Below are positions 13,224-25,028 of a DNA stretch of 64,000 nucleotides, one piece after another; the first letter of the stretch is position 1; every line of letters begins with the position of its first letter. Origin of the DNA: Chrysemys picta bellii (taxonomy: Eukaryota); NCBI RefSeq assembly GCF_011386835.1, contig NC_088797.1, forward strand, positions 87,606,001 to 87,670,000. Reading direction: 5' to 3'. The position numbers and the translations under genes were made by a program. Under the pieces are notes generated by a model. That model had not been told where the DNA came from, made no database searches, and saw only the letters and a list, made by a program, of their open reading frames with translations.

Positions 13224-13809
13224 TAGGGTTACCATATCTCATAAATAAAAAAAGAGGACCCTCCACGGGCCCTGGCCCCGCCCATTTCCCCACCCCTAGC
13301 CCCGCCCAACTCCGCCCCTTCCCCACCCTAACTCTGCCCCCTCCTCCCTCCCACTCCCAGCCAGGGGAAAAGGGCTGCCCCAGTGCTACCAGCTTCACGG
13401 TTTCCCGGGCAGCCCCCAGACCCTGCGCCCCCAGCCGGCGCTTCCCCAGCGCAGCTGGAGCCCGGGAGGGGAAGCGCCCAGCCGGGGGCGCAGGGTCTGG
13501 AGGGTGCCCAGCAAACCGTGAAGCCGGTAGCGCTCGGGCTTTGGGCAGCCCCTATGCCTCTGGACCCTGTGCCCCCAGCCGGGCACTTCCCCTCCCGGGC
13601 TCCGGCGGCGCAGGGTCTGGAGGCACGGGGCTGCCCGAAGCCGGTAGCATTCGGGCAGCCCGGCTCTTAAACAGAGCCGAAGAGTTGGGAAGGAGCAGAG
13701 CCGCCATTTTCCCGGACATGTTCCGCTTTTTGGCAATTCCCCCCGGACGGGGGTTTGACTGCCGAAAAGCCGGACATGTCCGGGAAAAAGAGGACGTATG
13801 GTAACCCTA
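13224..13809 (+). mobile_element. hAT (Blackjack-like) non-autonomous element, GC-rich
   Basis: TIRs tagggttaccata / tatggtaacccta. Degraded TSD CCATAGAT / CATTAGAT. Its left part is nearly identical to 47237-47620. Confidence 0.85.
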
Positions 13810-16800
13810 CATTAGATAGGACTCATTCTAATTGGACTTCATGAAAATCTATGGCTGATTAACACAACAATGCAAATAACACTCAGTCTGTTTTAACTAC
13901 AATCTTCCAACTGATTGGTGTTTGATTTATAACTAAAAACAAACAGACCATTATAGCTATTTTCTGTATTAGCACAGTTTGAATTCCACTTATTTCAGTA
14001 ACCATATTTGGGGGGTGATTAAAACAGCAATAAATGTGGCTGTTTAAAAGGTTGAGGCTTTCAAGTTAGGTTTTTCCTCCTTGTGCCACTGTTCTGGACT
14101 CATGAGTTGCTCAAAGTGCTGAAATGAGATTCATCCAAAAATGGATTAAAAACCAATACAACGTTCAGGTAGATCAAATATTTATATTTAAAGTCCCCAG
14201 ACATTAAAAGGTCATCATAAATTTTAATATTTCCTCAGAATTTAAGACCTGAATTGGTTTAAAGATTATAGTCACGTACCAGGAAAAGACAAAATAGTTG
14301 TAAGTTTAATTCCTGATTTAAAAAAATAGCTAAAAAAAAAAAATCTCTGCTCAGTTTCCTAGAGCCACATGCATCTCTTCTCGAAGAAGTTTTCTGCCTT
14401 TGGTTTCCAATAGATGACAATCTGACAAGTGCAAAAACACAACAGAAGCAAAGCACTGACAAAGCATTTTAAAATACACACACAGTAAAAATTTGCAAAA
14501 TGATTAAGTGTGGAGATGAAAGTAAAAAGGATTCAACACCTTAAGCTGTCCAGGGTGCTCAGCAACAAGCGTCATTTAATGATATGTCAGCCCTTGATGA
14601 GCCATGTAAATTGCAGCAGATCAATGATGGAGAAAGTGAATTGGGTTTAGATTTACTCGTCTCTTTGCCATTGTCTCTTTTTCCACTACATGGCTATGCA
14701 ATTGATGAGAATATTACCACTGTCAACCCCAAGCATTCAAAATTCATGAGTCAGGCCCTCAAAAAAACATGAAGTTTTGTTTTTCAAATAATAGAGTTGG
14801 GGATATTTTGTATTTACCTTCTGATTTCCGAGCCTTTAGATTGAACTCACTTCACGTTTTCAACTTTTTTCTGCTGATAAAAGCACATCCTCTTCTTGAT
14901 GGTATTGGAGACATTAACCTCACTGACATGAAAGCACAGGATTCTGGAGACAAACACTGTGATTAGAAACATACACTTTGATTGTTGCAAAAATTGTATT
15001 GTGGTTCTGAATTTATAATGATGCCACATTTGTCACTCTCACCTTTTAAAATGCAGCACCGTAACTTTTCCCAGTGATTTCTTCAGAGCTTTGTATCAAT
15101 AAGAAGCTTTCCCACAATCTCTCAGGATAGAATGGAAACATATATAGATTGTAAACTCTCCAGGTCAGGAACTCTTTATTATGTGTGTTCAGTATATAAA
15201 ACAGTGGGGCCCTGATCCCCCCCAACCAGGTCCTCTAGGCACTACCATAATTAATAACACAGACAAATTATCTTCTCAGCTCCCAGCCTGAGTAACCAGG
15301 CCATGAAGCAACAGCGGAGCCACTCTGTTCTACAAGTGGAACTGCCCATGGATTTTCATTGTCATGGCTCCACCTTCACTGCCCCCCAAAAAGACTTGTA
15401 CACATTGGGTTGCAAAGATCCCCTGCAAATCTCTGGCTTCTCTGTGTTTGCTCCCCCATGTTCTGGGCACTCGCCCACAATGGAACCACACTGGTCCTGC
15501 TGTGATCAGGGTTCTTTGCATCTATGGGAGGTGTAAAGAAAGATCTGACCCTTAGTCAGTTTTTGACATTTATGTCCAGCTTATCCATACAGTATTACCT
15601 TTTGTATATTCAAGGTATCAACTGAGGGGGGGAAAGGGAGGGGTTCTTAGATAGGTGGATGGGGGTGGACCCTTGGTCGTTTGTTCTAACGCCATAAAGC
15701 TCAGAATCTTGTTAATTATGAAGCCCTGACAGCTGGGCTCAGATTGTTATAGAATATTGATTGAGAGACTTCTGCCACTGCCATTTATTAAAAATAGTCA
15801 TCAGTATCAGAATCTCCACTCCATCCCCATGGTTTCTTCAATACTTCTTATCAAAACACTTTTTCTAAAAACTCTCCTGATCACACAATAAAAAGAAAAA
15901 CTATTAACCCTGGCACTGCAGACTAATTCCAGCCATGATCAGTCATAGTGATAAATTGTCCAGAGAGAAGAAGCCACAAGTGAGCTTTTGGAAGTAATAA
16001 GTTAAGCTGATTTTTACAGTGAAAGAGCATCTTACCCAGGTTCCAGGTCATGTGGCTGACATGGCACAGCTGATTTCCACAGCTGTAATTGCCTGTGTGC
16101 AGAAATAGGTCAGGTCAGAGGTGTTTGGGTTGGTCTCTTGCACCTCTATTATTCATTCTTACAAGTTAACTGAGTGGCCATCCTGTATAGACACCCCCAG
16201 CTATAAGTGGCATTTCATTGTGATGAGTATCCAATTCTCATACCCTTCCTGATCTGATGCAATTTGGCATAATTCCACAAATTTCCATGTTCTGAGAAGA
16301 GTAAATGCAACAATAGCCTAGGTCAGTTATGTCAACAAATCAGCAGAACCTAAGGACAGCAATCTGCCCTCACCTGCTGGAGGCAGTATTTGGTGCAGGG
16401 AGGCTTCATCAGCTGACTAGAAGGAATTATGTGATTGGCTGAGAGGATCATATAATTGGCTAAAATTGGTTTAGAGGCGCTCGCCATCTGTCTTTTACAG
16501 AAATACCAACTAGGAGTTTTATTCCAAAAGTAAGTGGTGGGTCAGGTAGTTTAGATCTCTTTACTCTAGCACAGGAAAATCATTGTCTTGTTTAGAAAGC
16601 AAATGAAATTGGATGTGATTTGGTCCTATTATGTCAGTAGCCGACTAGCTGTTTAGTTTTGTCCACAGAATCTACCTCTAACGTACAAAATGCATTCCAA
16701 CTGTAGGCGAGAGTCATGAGTGTTCACATTTCTAATATTGTGATGTCAGCGATCTGTGGCTTTTTGGGAACAGATTCTCAAATGATCCTGCTTGACTCTC

Positions 16801-19216
16801 CAAAACACTTGGTTAAACTGGAAAATGTGGTTTCTGATGAGCCTGCCTGCACTAGTAGTAGATACTCAAACCATCATTGCTTCTATCTGTTTGTCTAAGC
16901 ATGATGGAATGTCTCTAATGTTACACTCAGTGCAACAGTAGGTCAGATTCCAAAGTACAACACTAGGTCTGGCCTAGTTTGGCAATGCCCTGTCACATGA
17001 GTGACAAACGAAAAACCTGCCCTCTTCTTCACTCATGGGCTGGGAACACTACAGAGGCAGTACACATTCCTATAAGGTATGGATTGGGTCTTTGCAGCCA
17101 CATCATCTTCCCTTCTCATCCTCTGCTAGGAGTGATAGTGGTGGGTGTCAGAGGCAATTTTTGTAAATCAAGGGTTCCGATCAGTTAAAGACAGTAATGA
17201 TTTTATTGTTTAGTCATATTAACCCCAAATTAATTTAGCTTTAAGACCACATTCCTACTGCAGATTATGGAACTTCATTTTTAACACCTGGTTGTACAAG
17301 TGTATGAAACTTCTGCTCTAGCTCCCACTGATGTAACTCAAGGACAGCTAAACTCAACTTATTGAGCTCTCTCAGAGGAACATGACATGCCCAACTCTAA
17401 TTGAGTTAACCTGCAAGAGAGAGGTTTGTAACAGAAATGCTGATAGACACTTAACTCTAGTGGTACTACCAAATTTTAGAATAAGGTGTTTTAAAAAGGA
17501 ATATGAACAATGAGGACCAAACAATATGTCAAAAAAGTCATCCCTTATTCCATCCTCACACTCAAGCAAAATTGGTAGCTTTATTTTGCTTCATTCTTGT
17601 CAAAGATGGGTGGTCACTCAAAGGAACTAGCGCCAAGTGGGATGAGTAACTCTTTTCCTCCCTTGGAAGCCAGATTTTCTAAACTGCCTTTCTAGAGTGT
17701 GAAGTCACTTTTAGGAATAAATCTGAGAGCTGAAGTCCCATGACAGGATTTGGCATCGTAGCAAATCCTAACTGCAATATTGCACTAAGAGGGTAGCACA
17801 GTTTGAAGTGTCATTCTTCACTCAAAGACACTAAATGATGGGATTCTGCCATTACTTCAGGGGCTGTAAGCAACCTACACGGGACCTGGAGAGACCTTTC
17901 CCCAACATCAGCCATAGGTGGGCAAGGTTGCTGTAAGTGGACCTATGCTGGCCCCTCCCCCTGCAAACCCAGTGGTCCACTTGTGGGGCAAGTGAAAGTC
18001 AAAGATCCTATGGCCTACTCAAGAGTTAGGGAAAATGGGTTTTAACAGCCAACAATATTTTTAGCTATTACTTTGTGCATAGCAAATAGTATCCTGGCTT
18101 ACAGTCACTACACTACCACTATTTCATTGCTTAGCTAATTATACACATGGTGTTAATATATACACTTTAATAGTGTATTTTCAGGAAGCAAGGGGAAACT
18201 GTTCAGCATGGAAGTGCTACTTCTCCAGAGCTGAGCTGGCCTGGCAGCAGACAGTTCCAAATTTAAAGTGACAAGAGGAAAAAGAACCATAGATCCCTGC
18301 TATTTTGTCCAGCTTTATGTGCAAGACTCATTTTTTCCATAAAAGCTCCATTTCCAGTGAAAGCATTTTGCAGCATCATTGGAGCTAACATGGAAAGCTA
18401 TATTTCAGAATACCAACAGCAAGAGGCAGCATAGCAATCACTATTCTATTACATAATACAATATACTGTGACAAAACAATCCAGCATTTTCTAGACATAC
18501 CTGGTGTGTGTGGAATATTCTATGCAGAATGCATATGTTTTCATTGCAGCTCAGCACAGCCTGAGCAGAAGAGTGAGGAGAATGTTTGCAGTTTTCACTC
18601 TGACAGGTAGTGGTCTTTGCAGTTTTTTAGGGTTACATGCTGCTAGGTGGATGGCCAGTGAGGATTGCTGAGATTGAACTTTTTGTTAAGTTGTTGGGTT
18701 TTGTTGTAGTTAAGAAAAACCTTAAGAGACTTAGAACTATCAGCTGATACTCTTAGAAGAATGTAGTTATAAACCAGCTATCAGGGTTACCCTCATCTTC
18801 CTGTGTAGTAACCACACTTTTTACACCTGGTTTAAGGCCCTGATCCTGCAATGAACTCTGCATGGCAACAAGCCCCACTGGAGCCAATGGGGCCAACCCT
18901 CGCAAAGCCCCTCTGCAGTATCAGTTCCTTAGACCGCAAGCTCTCTGGGGCAGGAAGCACACCTTTCTATACAACTGTATGGAGGCCACAATCCCAACAG
19001 AGACTTCTGGGTGCTAATAAAGCAGCGTGCACTCACCAGCCAGGGATGGAAAAATAAAGTCCCAACTCCAAATCTTTCCACATCACTTTCTTCTGGGCTT
19101 CCTTTATTTCCCAAAACCCAAACTAAAAACCAGAATAAATCAACTCCAATTACTAGGTAATAACCAGCCAAGGTCTTGCCACCTGGGAAAAGAGACAACA
19201 CGCCCTTTCCCTATGG

Positions 19217-19737
19217 CAGTCGTTCTCAACCTTTCCAGACTACTTTACCCCTTTCAGAAGTCTGATTTGTCTTGCATTCCCCCAAGTTTCACCTCACTTA
19301 AAAACAACTTGCTTACAAAAATCAGACATAAAAATACAAAAGAGAGTCACAGCACACTATTACTGAAAAATTGCTGACTTTCTCATTTTTACCATATAAT
19401 TATAAAATAAACAATTGGAATATCAATATTGTACTTACATTTCAGTGTGATACTTGAGCCTGTTTTTCACTTGTGAGCCTTGTGTGAAGCCTGAGCCTCA
19501 GGCAGTGGGGCTAAAGCATGTAACTTAGCTTCACGGGGCCCCCCGTGGTGTGGAACCCCAGGCCATTTACCTGCTTGGCACCTCCTAATGCACGTGTGAC
19601 TCCCTATAACCTGTCCTGTGACCCCTTTGAGGGCTGCAACCCCCAGGTTAAGAAACACTGACCTAGATGAGTTGAGTACCCCCTGGAAGACCTCTGAGTA
19701 CCCCAGTGGTATATGTACCCCTGGCTGAAAGTCACTA
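19217..19737 (+). mobile_element. hAT (Charlie-like) non-autonomous element
   Basis: The left TIR is cagtcgttctcaacc. Perfect 8-bp TSD CCCTATGG. Same family as 34555-34952, in opposite orientation. Confidence 0.9.
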
Positions 19738-21269
19738 CCCTATGGTAACTTCCCCTACCCTACCTTCCCTTTTCCTTTTATAACTCTGCCCAGATCAACC
19801 ATCTGATAGGCAGGAACCTGGTAACTCCTTACATGCCAGAGAGCCTTTACACCTTGTCACAATGCTAATGGAGTAGAAAAACTGGCTTATCCCTATTGTA
19901 TTTTGAAATTGGAACAATATTTCATAAATACTTAAAAATAATCATCGTTTGTGCCTTACATTTACTTTAGCAGCTCTTATGTCTTAGTGCTTAAAGATGA
20001 AATGGCATGTAGTGATGATTAAATACACACTTCACATATTTGAGGGCTTTATCACCAAATATTAGTTATTTTTTCAAAAAATGCACAAATTCTGAGCCAC
20101 AAAATTCGTTGACTATAGCCTGCAAATAATACTGGCCCCATTTCCCAATATAGCAGATATAACTCATGCACAGAAGATGACGATAATGCTTCTTAGATGA
20201 GAATTAATGTAATTGGATATCATTTCCAGCTAAATTGTAGGTGCTCACTAGGGAAGAACACGTTCTTAATATATGATTAATTGCTGTTGCTGGTGTAGCT
20301 ACAGGAAAGAGATCTGACAGGGAATAGTCTCAATAGTTCAGATGAGGATTTGTAAAACTCTATAGCTCTTGAATTAAATGAATGTTTATGCTCAAGCTAC
20401 TTTTAAAGTGGAGACACTTATGGCAACAAGCATGTTTATGTTGATTACTTTAATCTTGCGCCTGTAAACTGTTGTTTTGATGTTCTTTAAATTACCAAAG
20501 ATATTTAAAGGATTCTGCCTAACATGCTTTCAAATTCTATCTTTTATGTGAATCTTATCAACTTGTTTAATTGTGAAAATATACATAAAATGCAGTGGGA
20601 GTTGGACTGGTGACTCATGCCTCTCATAATTCTTCAGAATATAGGGGAGCAAGAATTTTTGTAACTGCATTTGAAGCTTTTCAAATTTAATTCTCACTGT
20701 AAAACAGACCTTTCAGTGGCACAGCTATACCGTTGCAGTTGCAAAAGTGCTAGTGTAGACATAGCCTTAAAATAGCTGCAGGAACTCCCTCTTTTACTCA
20801 AAGAGGAAACATGGCACATTGTCCTTCATACAAAGGGATAAATACTTCTACCTAAAACACTCTTACCTCCTGAACTTGGATGTTTAGATAAAACTGTGAC
20901 CCACATCCAAATCTCCCCAGTTTTGCCCATCTCTCAGAAATCACCTGGAGCAGGTTGCTATTGGAGTGGAAACTCTTACTTCAAAGTAATTGATTCTTTT
21001 TTACCCCCAGCTACCCTTCAGCCAATGAGAAGTTCAGACACTAGACATCAGCTGTCAGAGGCTGATGAACCTTTGTGTAAAACACAAGGAACTCAAAGCT
21101 TAAAATGATCCCATGGAGGCTTGAAGATGGCAATATTTACCACAGATAGCAGAGAAGAGTTTTATTATGAAGTTGAAAAGAGAAGAATCTGGAAGGCCTA
21201 TCTGCCAAGCTAACGCAGCACTTACAAAACTATGTTGCAATCTCTAGAGATCCCAACTGAGACGTGTGT

Positions 21270-21490
21270 AGGTGCTGTGCACACACAGTAAGGGAGTCCC
21301 AGCCTTAGAGAGTTTACAATCTAATAGATAAAAGGTGGGAGAAAAGAAGCTTTGTTATTCCCACTTTTCAGATGGGGAATTGAGTCACAGATTAAGTGAT
21401 TTGTCCTTAATCATACAGGAAATAAATGGCAGAGCAGGAAATTAAACCCATATCTCCTATGACTCAGCCCAGTGCCTTAAACATAATACT
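21270..21490 (-). mobile_element. MIR-like SINE
   Basis: Core ttttcagatggggaattgagtcacagattaagtgatttgtcc plus an L2-like tail (tttacaatcta). Confidence 0.6.
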
Positions 21491-23755
21491 ATCCTTCCTC
21501 TTAAAAAGGTAGAAAGGCTCAGCTGGGTGAAAAATTTTATCTATTGTAAGATCATCTATGCTAACCACTATGCCACCAATTTATCTGAAACAAAGCCATA
21601 CAGTGTTCTTATTGTGCATCTCTAAACCGTCCTATTAAGAAACTTGTAGATTTATAAAAATAACAAACTTTCACTATGCACCTGCAGCTGACTAAACAAT
21701 TATTATTTGAAACTTTACTCTTGGGACATTTAATTGAGCTTGGAGTATGAGGAATCAGATGATGACCATTTCCTTGTTCTACTTTAGAGAGGAAATCTGT
21801 ATCACCATACAGTACCCTACATTAGTGTATATACAGTATCATGGAGTATGGACTGAGAGCTGCTAAAGTAGGCTGTTTTTCCATTTGAAGAAGGTAGTCG
21901 GGGAGGTGGGAAGGGAACTGTCCAAAGCAGCAGTGAACTTGGGTGGAAGGGCTGGAAGTAATTCTCTCCCCTGTATATAGCCTGTCATATGTGAGCTTCA
22001 CTTTCCCCAGCTGTCTGGCGGGGGTCATGAGAAGGCAGTGCCAGCCTGTGGCTCTGCTTTTGATAAGAGAGCGCACTGGCAAATGAAAAATGATTCTGGC
22101 ACTGACTTCTCTGGCTGTCTTGGCGTTTGTTACTGGAGTGTGCATCTGCACACAGTGAGTATAGATTACACTGGTGGATAGAGCATCTTGTATGATTGTT
22201 AGGATGTCCTCCCTAGCAAGTAACATTATATCAAGCACAAAGGGGTGATCGATTTTGTGATTAGAGCACAGGCTGTAAACAAATGCAGTGCTGATGGTAG
22301 CATGTCAACTGAAAAGTCGGGGTGTAAAAAGAGTAAAACATGCACAGACATGATGGTTTACATGCTCTCCAATTACGCCTATCTTCGCATCTAGTTGCCC
22401 CAACATGTTGTTAATAGCAGGACTAATGGACTGTCCCAATGACTTCTAGAGTTAAAGGAACAGTGTACACTAGCAAATGTGGCACACCAAAATATAAACA
22501 CAAAAGTCTTTTACTTTGACATTCAAAAAAGCATTTTTCCACGGGCTACACCAAAAACAGTATATTCCTTTAGCTGGTACTTAGAGACTTTCCAAAGTGA
22601 CTCATGCTATAGGGTGCCCTTTGAAAAAGGCCTGATTTGTTTCAAATGATAGGTGCTCAGTGCTTTTTGAAAGGAGGTCCCTTGAAGTAGTCTGTATTTG
22701 GGCCCCCATAATAAAAAAAAATTGTGATAATCAATGATATAAGTACCTAAAAGAAAAAAAATTGCCCACAAGAAAATCAAGTGGAGAGCAGAATAAATGT
22801 AGGTCTTTCATGGGGAAGAGAAATGTCAATCATCCAAAAATACCTCAGAGATAAGGAGGATTGCCCATTATATTTTTAAAATATTCTTTAGGATCCTGAA
22901 ATATCAATTCTGGTGTCAGTTACACTTACATCCTTTTCTATTCTGCTAAATCCTGCTTATTCAAGTCCTATTTAAAAACACTTTTATTCTCTGTGTTCAG
23001 CAGGAGAAGGAGGTTAAACTTGAAAGACCCTTCAATTATATATGAAGAGGCAAATCTGCTGGGGATGAGTAGCTGCATATCTGAGAGCAGGTGAGCACCT
23101 CTGCTCTTCCTGCAATTACCTATTTAAAACCCAAAAGGTGCTGTGCAGTAGCAGTACTGTACGTGTTAGCTGAGGTTTAGTTTTTGCTGAAATAAAAAAA
23201 AAAATCTACCAATGAAGGTCTGTTCTTCAACACTTCAGTAGGTTTTGCGCATCTATTCAGCAGAGCTTTCCATGTTGTTCCCTACTTCCCTGACAATCCA
23301 CCGTCTGCATCCTCTCTCCTAAGTACTTTGGAGCCTAAGCTTCATTGACCATCAGTTTTACACTGACTTGGCTTTTAAACTGTCTCCAGTCTAGTATTCT
23401 ACACTTAAAGGAAATCGCATAGTAAGACTTCTCCCTTCCTTGTCCCCTCCTCCCAACCATACCTTCCCAAGCCAACTGCTAGTCTCTCACCCTTGCAGAA
23501 GGGCCTTAACAATCCATTGTAAAGATCTTGTTAAACAGTCTCTTACTAAATCAAGATCTCAAATCAATAGCAAAGAATAGACTGCCTTCTAGCCCCTGCT
23601 AGCCCAAAGAGTGAGGGACTGAACCCTGTATCCCATATCATGGAGCCACTACGCTACCAATTCAGCCACCCCCAATACTTATTAATGCATCTATAGTGAA
23701 GTATAGATGCAGCAAAGAGTCCTGTGGCACCTTATAGACTAACAGACGTATAGGA

Positions 23756-23795
23756 GCATGAGCTTTCATGGGTGAATACCCACCTCTTCGGATGC
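23756..23795 (-). ncRNA. Minimal type I hammerhead ribozyme motif (best-preserved copy)
   Basis: The reverse complement reads GCAU-CCGAAGA-G-GUGGG-UAUUCA-CCCAU-GAAA-GC-UC/AUGC. The NUH triplet is CUC, and stems I and II are intact. Confidence 0.65.
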
Positions 23796-24057
23796 ATGTA
23801 GTGGAAATTTCCAGGGGCAGGTATAAATATGCAGGCAAGAATCAGTGTAGAGATAACGAGGTTAGTTCAATCAGGGAGGATGAGGCCCTCTTCTAGCAGT
23901 TGAGGTGTAAACACCAAGGGAGGAGAAACTGTTTTTGTAGTTGGCTAGCCATTCACAGTCTTTGATTAATCCTGAGCTGATGGTGTCAAATTTGCAGATG
24001 AACTGAAGCTCAGCAGTTTCTCTTTGAAGTCTGGTCCTGAAGTTTTTTTGCTGCAGG

Positions 24058-24585
24058 ATGGCTACCTTTACATCTGCTATTGTGTGTCCAGGGACCAATC
24101 CATGCAACAAACCTCGATGCCAACTCTGCCCACATATCTACACCAGCGACACCATCACAGGACCTAACCAGATCAGCCACACCATCACCGGTTCATTCAC
24201 CTGCACGTCCACCAATGTAATATATGCCATCATATGTCAGCAATGCCCCTCTGCTATGTACATCGGCCAAACTGGACAGTCCCTACGTAAAAGGATAAAT
24301 GGACACAAATCAGATATTAGGAATGGCAATATACAAAAACCTGTGGGAGAACACTTCAACCTCCCTGGACACACAATAGCAGATTTAAAGATAGCCATCC
24401 TGCAGCAAAAAAACGTCAGGACCAGACTTCAAAGAGAAACTGCTGAGTTTCAGTTCATCTGCAAATTTGACACCATCAGCTCAGGATTAAACAAAGACTG
24501 TGAATGGCTATCCAACTACAGAAGCAGTTTCTCCTCCCTTGGTGTTTACACCTCAACTGCTAGAAGAGGGCCTCATCCTCCCTGA
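24058..24585 (+). CDS. Penelope GIY-YIG endonuclease domain ORF (TE-derived, 175 aa)
   Basis: CxxPRCxxC, VIY...YIGQT, RKRINGH, HFNLPGH, RETAE and GLN motifs are present without a stop. The ATG comes from the inverted arm. Confidence 0.8.
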   Translation: MATFTSAIVCPGTNPCNKPRCQLCPHIYTSDTITGPNQISHTITGSFTCTSTNVIYAIICQQCPSAMYIGQTGQSLRKRINGHKSDIRNGNIQKPVGEHFNLPGHTIADLKIAILQQKNVRTRLQRETAEFQFICKFDTISSGLNKDCEWLSNYRSSFSSLGVYTSTARRGPHPP

Positions 24586-24917
24586 TTGAACTAACCTCGT
24601 TATCTCTACACTGATTCTTGCCTGCATATTTATACCTGCCCCTGGAAATTTCCACTACAAGCATCCAAAGAAATGGGTATTCACCCACGACAGCTCATGC
24701 TCCTATACATCTGTTACTCTATAAGGTGCCACAGGACTCTTTGCTGCTTTTAAAGATCCAGACTAACACGGCTACCCCTTTGGTATAAAATATTGTTACA
24801 GATGGAGGATTTTGAATAGCTTGAAATGTAGTGAACTCTGCAGTTCACAAATACTACTCTTTTAAGAGACTATGTCTTCATCCCAAGCTTGCCCCAGTCG
24901 CCGCACTGTGTGGTAGA

Positions 24918-25028
24918 TAGGGTGACCAGACAGCAAGTGTGAAAAATCGGGACGGGGTGGGCGGTAACAGGAGCCTGTATAAGAAAAAGACCCAAAAATC
25001 GGGACTGTCCCTATAAAATCGGGACATC
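24918..25028 (+). mobile_element. Short hAT Blackjack-like MITE, right end truncated
   Basis: Starts tagggtgaccaga and carries repeated aaaatcgggac subterminal motifs. Confidence 0.7.

Larger units (their letters stand above)
23709..24786. mobile_element. Penelope-like element with inverted 3' arms
   Basis: About 23709-24092 is the reverse complement of about 24366-24750. The plus-strand part encodes a GIY-YIG endonuclease. Confidence 0.92.
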
